DNA of 64,000 nt from Harriotta raleighana (taxonomy: Eukaryota). The DNA is taken from NCBI GenBank assembly GCA_050575255.1, contig JBNZDD010013664.1, positions 3,599,479-3,663,478 on the forward strand. Direction: 5' to 3'. The translations under genes and the position numbers were made by a program. Numbering within the stretch: position 1 is the stretch's first letter; every line of letters starts with the position of its first letter. A model generated the notes under the pieces. That model saw only the letters and a program-made list of their open reading frames with translations. It made no database searches and had not been told where the DNA came from. Below are positions 35,801-46,430 of this stretch, in pieces.

Positions 35801-38800
35801 CTCTCATTGCCTTGAAAACTCCACAGAGACCTTATAATAATTAGCTACATTTTTGTTCAAAACATTTTACTTGCATAAACACACCTGAATTCCTCGGGCA
35901 AAATGGCTGAATTCAACATTTTCAAATCCTTTTCATTTGTACATACACATGTGCAGAATTGATATTGATATGACATGAACTGTCAATTCCTGCATATTTT
36001 GTGGGCGAAATGCAGTACCCAATTGCACACAGCAGTGTGCCACAAACAGCCGTGGATTGAGTGACCATTTTTTTTTGGAGAGTTTATTATTAGGGCTGTG
36101 GAATAAGGAAACTTGCCCAAGTTTGTGCTAGGAATCAAAGAAATATGGGTGTCAGGCTGACACACAATTTATTCTGGACCAATCTGCAGTATCTCTAATT
36201 CCACTTAGAGAGAGATCGTTCAACTCAACAAAGACTAGGAATGGAACTTGGGAACTCTGTGGTCTGTCTGGCTCAGCTGTTCACCGGATATACCTATGGA
36301 AGCATTCTATAGCATTTTAATTTAAAATCACAAATACTTGTGCCAGGCAATGTACTTAAAAAAACACATGATGATCACCTTTGACTTCTCGTACGAGTGG
36401 TCACATCCACACATGGATTATGAGAGCGAAGTCGGTCGCGAGGTTGAGTCCTTAATAAGAACATAATAAAAATATCAAGGATGAGAAATACCCATTTGCC
36501 CCATTGAAGCTCCATCCTTCCTTCTGAAATGCACATCACTCAATATAACACCCTAGTTTCTGCCTTTTCCCCCTCACCTGGTAGACAAAGAACGCTCAGA
36601 GTAAAATGCTATTTCTGATATCCGTAAAACTACTCTTTGCTATTTCAGGTTTGTATCAGAAACAGTAGTTCCTTCGCTGCTCTCCTAATTTAATTTTATA
36701 TATTCTACTTTTGCTCTAACTATTTGCATCCATTTAATATTTTATGTAGCTCAATGAGCTACCTTTTGTAACCTTCTATACGAGGGAAAATCTGGTAACT
36801 GATCTCTGCATCTTTTCAAACTAATATAGTTTGTCTCAGTGGTGTATTAACCAGACAAACTCAGTACAGTATTCTCTGGAGATCTTTTTGTTCTATTTCT
36901 ATTTCCCAGAATTTGTTTTTTTTTGTACACAAAATCTTCCCCACATTGTCCTGACATTGAAGGCGCTGATCTTATAATCATTTCCAGATCCTTCCTCTGA
37001 CAATTCAACCCCATTCATTATGGATCACAAAACCATGTTTTTGTGTCTGCCTACTAATAATAATAATCCTTGCAATTCATATAGCGCTTTTCATGTCTTC
37101 TAGACCAGTGGTTCTCAACCTTTTTCAGTACCCCTTGTTAATTTTCAACATTATCATGTACCCCCACCCAACCACATACACACATACCAACCCCCTCATT
37201 CCACTTGCATTTTATGACCAAGCTATTCTTATATAACAAAATAACTAGCACATGCAAAACAAGGGGAATAACAATTAAATATACAATTTGGAAGGCTATA
37301 AAATGCTAAATAAAAGAGCTAAATAAATCAATGTACCACCACCTATACCACCCTGGAAGTAATTTTGTACTCACTGGGGTAAATGCACCCTCGGTTGAGA
37401 ACCACTGTTCTAGACATCTTAAAGCACTTCATAGAATAAACTGTAAAGTGAATTGACTATATATTTATGGGCGAAATGCGGCAGCCAATTTTGCACAGCA
37501 GTGTCCCACAAACAGTTGTGGATTGAAATGACCAATTTTATTACTGCTTTTTTGGAGAATTATTAGGCGTGTGAAGTAAGGAAACTTGCCCAAGGTTTCA
37601 CTCTGACCTGCCTGGATTCGAACAGAGATCTCACATTTATAAGTCGAGTGCTCTAACCAGTGAGCTACAGAACTCAACTAATGTCCCAAAAATGTCCCCC
37701 AAAATTTGGGGAATTGTTGGCCAGGATACCAGAAGAAACTCCCTTCCAGGTATTTGAACAAATACAACTTGCACCTAATGATGTCGATACTCTCTTCGTA
37801 TGAAAACACGCCAGTTAAATACTAGCAGCTTGCACGGTAAGTGTCAATAGCTTGTTTACAAATTTACATTGAAAATTAACAAATTATTGAGTAAATGGCT
37901 GCAAGTTTGAACTGAATGTGGATATTTGAAAAAGCCCAGTGTTTTCAATGTACATAAGCAAACATAGTGATTCCACGATGACTTTGCTATTGCTATTTTT
38001 GTTTTTGATTCATGTTGTAATTGCAGACATGCATGCAACTCTGGTGTAACATTTTTCGACTGGTATAGGGCTCGCACTGATGTTCACAAGCCACAAGTGT
38101 GACTCAGTACAAATCTGGGTTTGACAAGATTGGACTCGATCAAATCTGCCTCTAATATTCTCTTCCTGCAGGACTCGGCACACCTTATACAGTAGTTGAG
38201 ATCAGGAATCAAACCGCATGTGGGGGTAGGGGGGGCGTGGTTGGTGGGAAATTAAACCAGTTTGCTGAGGCAAATATTTTTGGGTTCTTTCAAGAATGTT
38301 TCAACATTCGTTACCCAATATACAAACAGATTGTCATGGATTGTTGTAAAAGAAACTTCACCAATAAAGCAATACATTCACGGTCAATTCATTCTGTGCA
38401 TCATAAAGTTTAACATCACACAATTAAGAATTTTCAGAAGCAAAGATCTTAATGAAAAAAGAGTGTTTGACTTTTGCACAGCCACTAACGTCTACAGCTG
38501 AACAGATCTCATGCTGGTAACAACAGTGAATAAGGACCAAGACAGGCTTTTACTTAAAATGCTCCAGTGCATTAGGCATGTTGTTCTTTACATTGTTTCT
38601 CAGCCACATGCACTCAATTCAAATCCTCTGAACTTTTATCTGTCTTGATCACAAACTGGTGATAAACACAATCCTAAATAGAAATACATGACTCTTATCT
38701 ATTTACAGATCATCCCTCACTTTGATCGAGTGATTAATTACCTTAACATTCAGGGAAACAAGAAGGGGCCCAGTGCCACTGTTGTTTATCACTACTCATC

Positions 38801-41800
38801 CAAAGTTACCTCCCAAAAATTAATTGGTTGCTCATCAGTGTTGTGTGGCACAAATCAGCTGTCACATTTGTCTCCATACATTCATTTCACCCCTGAAAGT
38901 GACCAATCTCACATTATAATTCAGTCAGTCACTCCACTTGCATTCTATAAGCGATTGCATATTAAATAATAATAATCCTTGCATTTAATAGCGCTTTTCA
39001 TGTCTTCTAGACACCTCAAAGGGCTTCACAGAATTGTGTAAAGTGATTGACTGTATATTTGTGGGCGAAACTCAGCAGTCAATTGCACACAATCCACCAA
39101 CAGACATGGATTGAAATAACCAATGTGTTATTTTTTTTGAGGGATTATTATTAGGTGTGTGGAATAAGGAAACGTCCCCAAGGTTTCACTCTGCCTGGAA
39201 TTGAACCCAGGTCTCTCGCTTTGTAAGGTGAGTGCTCTAACCACTAAGCTACAAGACTCCACAATTGGTTCTGAGGTAGCAGAAAAAACACAACAAAAAT
39301 ACTTAGTGGTTTAAAAGAGAATCTCTCTTGAATTATTCAGCAATTTGGGCACTATTAATGTGGAAAATAATTATTTGCAGTTAAAAGAGCAAGTAACAAC
39401 AGCACACCATTCAATGCTTAAATTTATTTCTCCTGATTCTACTATCTATATTGTTAGAGCTTGAATCTCGTTTTCCTCCAGTAAAAGTTTGTGAGCAACA
39501 GTCTGTGAATTCTGTGCTTTTATTTAGTATATTACATACACTCTCCATTAAGGAATATATTACTATTTTCAGGCATAAGTAAAATCTGCAGTTAGAACCA
39601 TCATTCTGTGCATGCAAAGAAGCACCTTGTAAAGCTCATGTCATTTCAGTTTTCTGTATAGATAGTCTGGTGCAGTTTTGTTCAATTCATCTCCAGCTAA
39701 TACTAAAGCCTCACGTTATATCCTGGCTTATACAGTAACCAAACCTCACGTTATTCTGAAACAAATTGAGACATAAACAGTAACCAACACTACTGGATGA
39801 GGATATTTTATACTGTGTTGAATCTGTAATCCATTCATAATAAGTCTTTGTCTTGCTGTACAAACAAAAATATCTGTAGTCTTAGATACAAGACAAAATA
39901 GGAATAAGCGGGACAATGTTACCAATAGGTACCTGGATTTGAGGTCGGCCGATGGGATGGAATGAAAATATACCATCTTTCTGGTCTACTGTATAATAAT
40001 AATAATACTTGCATTTGATATAGTGCTTTTCACATCTTCTAGACATCTTAAAAGAATATACTGTAAAGTTAATTGACTGCATGTTTGTGGGCAAAACGCT
40101 GCAGCCAAATGTGCACAGCAGTGTCTTACAAACAGTCATGGATTGAAATGACCAATTTTTTTGAGGGATTATTATAATATAGTACAGTATATGTGTACAT
40201 TGATACACTCATGCGGTGTTAATACATTATCATTATTATTGCATGGGTCCTAAAGAAATTTGATATTAGTCCCAATCTTATATGGCAGGTCAACAAAACT
40301 GCCTGATTTCCCAATGTCATTCATTCAGATCACAAGGTGTGGTATGGGAAGGGAAATGGAAAGGTCATGCTATTGTAGCCATCTAAGGCTGGGGGAGAGA
40401 TTTACTCTGCAGCTAAACCCCTTTGATCTATCAGCACAAGTGACAAAAGTACAAACCGGAAAAGTATCTAATTTTCTGGAGCAAATTAGAGTAACCCTCA
40501 CCTGATGTGCACAAAGCTCATGCTCCACCTCCCACTGCTTTAAAAACAGATAGCTTACTGTGGGACCAACATTCACCAAAACAAATTCACTTTTTGTTTG
40601 TTTGTTTTTGCTGAACATGAGCCTAATGACTGGGTGAAGCAGACACTATTGGGAGGCGTTTCACATGGAAGATCACAAATAAGTACCTTCGATAAAGCAC
40701 GTAGCCAGATCCCAAAGCAGCAGCTCAAGGGTTATTCAGATCCAAAAACTCTGTCAAAACGACACATCCCATGCAAAGGTTAAAAAGCAGGGAGGCCACT
40801 TCAACAAGAAGCTTTTAAAAAGTCACCCAAAGTAATTCTGGTCACCTTCTCTGCGTTTCCTGGTGGACCGTTTCCGTAAAGCGCTCTGACAATCTGTGCC
40901 CAATATATTTTAATACATTGAACGCATTGTGAGGCGAGAATAATGCCTGACCCGGTCCAGGCGATGGGAATGGAAACCTTACGCCATTGGAGTGATCAAC
41001 CCTGTGGATTGGATAAAAGTAAAACAGTGGTCAAAGGAAATTTTCTAAAATGAGAGAAGAGGAATAGAACCCCATATTTGCACAGGTTTAGAGTGGCCTC
41101 TCTTCTCTGTTGAAGGAACGTGTGATAAAATGATGGAGAACTTTATATCAACTGGTTTCGCTACTGTAACATGAGGGGTTCGAACAAGATCAAAGAATTG
41201 ACAAACAAGAAAAAGCTATTCTTGCTGAATCATCTGCTCACCTACTGGTTTGAATTCAATCAATGCTTTTCAATCACTATGACAATCAGTAAAACCTCGC
41301 TCACTTGCTTTCCTTTGCAACACACACAAATGAATGATCTGCCATCAAGTTAGCTCATACTTCGCCTCCCATTCCACATTGTAAATATTTCCTTGTCCAG
41401 GCCTCGTAGCAAAATCAAACCTGTCTCTCAAACATAGCACTTTCTGGGGTGTATGTCTTCCTCACAAGAAGAAGCAGATCCAATCTCCTACCACAAATCA
41501 TCAACATTTTCTGTCTGGCTCTCCATTCTCTCTCGCATCTACTGTTCTAAATTTATTCCCGACTCGGGTTGAAAATGATCTACGAATGCTTTTCAGCCAA
41601 CGGCCAACAAAGTTTGAAGGTTGATTGTTGACCTTAGACACAGGATACTGAGAACACATCAACCAGAAACCCGAGTTGACTCACCAGCAGCTCAAAAAGA
41701 GCCATTCTGTGCTTATCCACATCTACGGAATGAAACCACTCTTAACTCACAGAAAAAACTGAAGTAGAGACAGCATACTCCATGTAACAGTCATGTAACA

Positions 41801-44800
41801 TCATTATCATAGCTGTGCAGAAAAGGTTATAACCAGTGCGCTAAATAAGCCAGTGCAAGACTTCTTACTTACACGTTCCTCTGTTTTCTGGGCGCAGCAG
41901 ATAGACAGATTTCATTCTCATTCAATGTTCTTGAACTGTTCGAATTTTGGGAAGTGGCTAGCTGTACCAAAACAACACAGAGCACAGGGTAAGTTACGCT
42001 ACTGTTACACGAGAACAGATTGCACCCGAGTACTTGTCTACAATTTAATTTTGTTCAGCTGGGTCTCTGACACGTAACAATAATAATAATCCTTGTATTT
42101 GATATAGCGCTTTATCATGTCTTCTAGATGTCTCAAAGTAATTCACAGAATATATTGTAAAATAAATTGACTGTACTGTGTATATATATATGGGCAAAAC
42201 ACAGCAGCCAATTGCGCACAGCAGTGTCCCACAAACAGTCGTGGATTAAAATGACCAAATTTATTATTTTGGGGAGGAATTAATATTAGGCGTGTGGAGT
42301 AAGGAAACTTATAATATAAATAATAATGATCCTTGCATTTGATATAGCGCTTTTCATGTCTTCTAGACTTGCCCAAGGTTTTGCCCTGTCGGGAATCGAA
42401 CCCAGGTCTCTCGCTTGGAAGGAGAATGCTCTTAACCACTGAGCTACAGGACTCCATTTGTGGAAATCCATCACCTGCTTAAGCGTATCCAAACCAAGCT
42501 GAGAATTCCATGCTTCCCTCATCCACATGGAAATCCCAGAGATAAATTGTTGGGAGTGGAATATGCACTATCTGCCTGGAGAGACACATCCTGCTTACCT
42601 AATTCCAGAAAGCATTAGGTGCAGTTTGGCTAGAGACAAGGCTTGGGAACCCCAGAGTTTGCTGTGAGGTAACTACTATAGTCCAACCAGCTAATACCAC
42701 CTAGCTAATACCACCTAGTTGCTAGCTTCATCACTGCCTGTCCAGGACCACCCTATATTTAGAGCTTTGGCTTGCAGTAACCCTGGAGCTGAATGGAAGG
42801 ACTCCCTGCCAATGACTGATCTGCCCTTCCAGGTCTTGCCATACGTGTCTATAAGAATAGACTTGAGCAGTCTTAATCACAGAGCAAGTTTCTTTTTTAA
42901 AAAAAGGCTGGCCGTAATTCGGAATGTGAATTCTCTGTAAAGATTTCTCTGTACTTTCCACTCCCCGTGAATTACTTCCACTTGCATATTTTTCTCAGTA
43001 ACAGAAATGATGGAGGAGTTTTGTCAATGGATTATTGTAATAATTTTTCCACTTGATTTCCCCAAAACAGTATGCAGTTAACAGATCATTTTATATGTAC
43101 AGTAGCTGGAAACAAACCTATCCATAGTCTAAATCTATTTATCCTACCAGAAAACTGCTAAAGCCAAAATGGTACTGAGACTTTCTGCATTTCTGAAAAC
43201 ATCTGATTATGGCAATTTATGGCACTGAGTCCTATAACTCAGTGGTTGGAGCACTGGCCTTGGGTTCAAATCCAGGCAAATCCAAACGAAACCGTGGCCA
43301 AGTTTCCTCACTCCACATGCCTAATAATAATCCCTTAAAAAAAAAGGTCATTCCAATCCATGACTGTTTATGGGACACTACTATGCGCAATTGACCATCG
43401 AGTTTCACCCACAAACATACAGTTTACAGTATTTTTTTGAAGTGCTTTGAGAGGTCTAGAAGAGGTGAAAGCGCTATATCAAAAGAAAAACAATAATAAT
43501 CGTTACATTTGGTACAGTGCCTTATCATGTCGTTGAGACATCCCAAAACTCTTCACAAAATACAATAATAATAATCCTTACATTTATATGTAAATATAAG
43601 CATGAGACTTGTGTTCAAATCCAGGCAGATCAGGGAGAAACTTTGGGCAAGTTTCCTTACTCCACACACCTAATAATAATCCCTCCAAAAAACCACAATA
43701 ATAAAATTGGTCATTTCAATCTACAACTGTTTGTGGGACGCTGCTGTGCACAATTGGCTGCCGCATTCCGCCCACAAATATACAGTCAATGCACTTTACA
43801 GTATATTCTGTGAAGCGCTTTGGGACATTGATAGGATGTGAAAAGCGCTATATCAAATGCAAGGATTATTATTAATATTATTATTATTATTATAGCGCTT
43901 TCCACATCTTATCTATGTCTCAAAGCGCTGTGAACTGACTATGTTTTTTCAAGGGATTACTAACCCCTTAATTAACTACAAACGATTCTTACTGCTATGT
44001 AAAAACTAATGTGTGGGGTGAGGAAACTTGCTAATATTATGGTGAGCTAACACATCAGTAAACACCAGTTACATAACCAGAGTTCTATTTAGCACTTTTA
44101 GAACTAAGTTCAAGGGTTTGTCAGCCTTGAGACCTGACTTCACCCTAGCAATTAACTATGTAACTGCAGCTTCTGGTCCATTTCAACAATATAAATGGTT
44201 TATTTTAACATTGCAGTAAAGTACCTCTCGTCTTTGCAGTGGAATCTCTGGATTGTCCACTTTCAATGCCTGTGGGTTCCCGAACATCATGCAGGGAGAG
44301 ATGTTGACAGGTGGAGGATCTGACATTGACGCCGTATGTTGGAACCAACCATAAAAGTAAGGCCTCGCTCCAATGTCCTGCATGTCTGCTTCTGAACACA
44401 AAAGTGGGACAACTTTGAACTTAATAATGAGATCCTATAATTGTATATTTCCTATAATTGTACTTTATCACATTGTTGAGATGTCTCAAACAGGCGTCAC
44501 AGAATATACTGGAAAATATATTTGTGTAATACCTCTTCGACTGATATTACAGATGTACAGTTCTCCTCCCCCCATCCTCTATTCTCAATTTCGCCTTCCA
44601 TTTCACGTGAGAAACAGCAATACTTCACCTTGTGCAGTTAATGTCACCTCTTCACAGACAATGTGGTTGGTTCAAATCAATTTCATTTTAATAATGTGGT
44701 TCAACCCTTTATCAACAGGCCGGACGGCTAGAACAAAAAAAAGCTTGCTTTGCTCTGCTGAGTAATAAACGCAATTTACCTGCCATGGATATTCTTTCAG

Positions 44801-44984
44801 GGATGCACATATGCAGCGATGCCATCTGAATATCCTCTGCTTTTTCTTCATCTCCTAATTCCTCAGTCACCTTCAGTCTATTGGGAATTCTCATCTTCTG
44901 GCCGATGGTTTCCATGAAACTCAGATCACAACGTAGCCCCCCCAGGTCTCCAGGGTCAGCAGATGCTGCAAATGGGTCTGTCAT
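32723..44984 (-). CDS. FATE1: Mitochondrial fission factor family protein (MFF paralog at the FATE1 syntenic position), 7 coding exons, about 299 aa
   Basis: N-terminal MFF repeats (QKMRIPNRLKV, MCIPERISMAG), coiled coil LRRQLNKLNRRLQLLEQE and tail anchor ILYSIIITACFVNSWLWLRK*. Exon chain 205+167+89+156+72+79+132 = 900 nt in phase. Lies directly downstream of PRRG3 in the same orientation, as human FATE1 does. Symbol assigned from synteny. Confidence 0.8.
33493..34038. mobile_element. Second copy of the same hAT MITE, interrupted by a CR1 3' end (about 33517-33757)
   Basis: TIRs CAGTAGTTTTCAACC / GGCTGAGAACCACTG, TSD TTCTAGAC (33485-33492 and 34039-34046); internal sequence aligns to 37106-37407. 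Confidence 0.9.
34102..34180 (-). CDS. MFF-like/FATE1 penultimate exon (ISHDYGVPEGVLENFSVMEIVTLRRQ)
   Basis: Ends LRRQ| as the MFF penultimate exon does; tttgcag acceptor, CAG|gtaaag donor. Confidence 0.88.
36379..36450 (-). CDS. MFF-like/FATE1 candidate cassette exon (TQPRDRLRSHNPCVDVTTRTRSQ)
   Basis: 72 nt, phase 2-2, open, CpG-rich relative to the intron; aag acceptor and AG|gtgatc donor are weaker. Confidence 0.5.
37106..37407. mobile_element. Non-autonomous hAT (Charlie-type) MITE
   Basis: Perfect 15-bp TIR CAGTGGTTCTCAACC / GGTTGAGAACCACTG, 8-bp TSD TTCTAGAC (37098-37105 and 37408-37415), subterminal TGTACC repeats. Confidence 0.92.
40846..41001 (-). CDS. MFF-like/FATE1 exon (VDHSNGVRFP...NVLKYIGHRLSERFTETVHQETQR)
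   Basis: 156 nt, symmetric phase 2-2, open; predicted amphipathic segment like the MFF GILSLIQSSTRRAYQQIL exon. Confidence 0.7.
41873..41961 (-). CDS. MFF-like/FATE1 exon (LATSQNSNSSRTLNENEICLSAAPRKQRNV)
   Basis: 89 nt, phase 0 to 2, gtaagt donor; corresponds to the MFF RERSMSEN exon. Confidence 0.75.
44225..44391 (-). CDS. MFF-like/FATE1 exon (EADMQDIGARP...PLQRRE)
   Basis: Open phase 1 to 0 frame; tgttcag acceptor, GAG|gtactt donor. Confidence 0.75.
44780..44984 (-). CDS. MFF-like/FATE1 first ATG-containing exon (MTDPF...QKMRIPNRLKV...MCIPERISMA); exon begins at 44989
   Basis: Both MFF repeats; acceptor ccttcag, donor G|gtaaat. Confidence 0.9.
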
Positions 44985-45949
44985 GACAGCTGAAGGACAG
45001 ATGCCAATGAAACAAACAGTCACACAATAAGCAACCCTGCATACAAACTATGCAGTGCAAGTGCTGAAACTCTCACTTCATTGTAAGTACCCAACAAAAA
45101 AGAGAAGAAATAAAACCAAGTGTGAATGCACTGTTACAATAATAATCACCCTTACAGCTATTTACTGATGTGTTAGCTCAAGTTTCCTTACTCCACACAT
45201 TAGTTCTTATATTAGTTTCTACACCAGTAATACTGTGTATTTGGGGGACAAACTCAGCCTACAATCAACCGTGAAGCGAAACAACATTTGTTTTTATTGT
45301 AGTCATCTTTAACATCCACTGATCAGGCAGATGTGACTTTACCTTAACATCTAATCTCAGCACTGCCCAGCACAGCCCAGCACAGCGTTGGGAACTTCCA
45401 CGGGTCACATAATTAACATTCTCGTGTTTCCTCCAACAAACATAACATTTACAACAAAATTACATTAGCAGGAGGGCCTCACTTTGGGAGGACGGCGCCA
45501 GGTGTTGGTTCCAGGTTCTGGAGGAAGCGGCTGAGCCACAAACAATGTAGGGGGGGGGGACACACCCGCCATAAAGTCTGTACAAGTTCAACCCACAACC
45601 TTTAAATTAGAGACAGATGTTGGGTCCACCAGATACCGTCACCCCCCCCCCCCCTGTACAGTATATCCTGTGAAGCGCTTTGAGACGTCTCAACGACGTG
45701 ATGAGGCGCTGTATCAGGATTATTATTAGGAACCTGATCAGATGAGCCAGGCTGACGGGGGGGGGGGAGGCCCCAGGCTTCACACTGACAGGTGATGACT
45801 GTTGGGCTGCCTGTCTGACCTGCCTATCATGGCTTGGGGCGGGGGAAGGGAGCAAAGGGGGCAGGTGCTTCCTACTCACTCTCCACCCCCCCCCCCCATT
45901 CCTTTCTCCAATCCTCCCCCTCTCCTGCTCTGCACTAAACAACTACAGC

Positions 45950-46430
45950 ATCTCGCGGGGCAAGGTCTCGCAATGATTAGTACCCTATGGGCGTGTGTAT
46001 GTGTGTGAGGGAGCGAGTCCGCCATCACCCACCTCCTGCCGCCCTCTGACTGACTGCCCGCCCCTCCCTCCCGGCACCTGGTGCGCGCGGACGTCACAAG
46101 CCCTCGCGCTCCCTTTCGGACGCCATGACATCACAAGCCCACTCACGCTCCCCCTGTATCTCTCCGCGCCCCACCCACGTGACATGACGTTTTCCCCTCT
46201 CCCCTCCCACCCACCCCACTACATGATGCTGCTCATTTCCCCGCCCACACCGCCCACCACGTGACTCTCCTCCTTTCCAAGCCCACTCACAGCCACATGA
46301 CGTGATGCTCACCACCCCGCCTCCCTCACCACGTGATGTAACGCTCCCGCCTCCTCGGCCAGCGGGGCCCGGATTAGGGGGCGGGTTTCACGCCCAATTG
46401 GGCGGGTTTTGTGTTGTACGCGCGAATGGG
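45950..46430 (-). promoter_or_regulatory. CpG-rich promoter region of the MFF-like/FATE1 gene
   Basis: Most conspicuous non-coding CpG-dense segment in the window. CACGTG at 46176, 46258 and 46330, CRE-like TGACG/GACGTCA sites, GC boxes near 46377 and 46400, CCAAT near 46394; about 1 kb upstream of the first coding exon. Confidence 0.75.
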
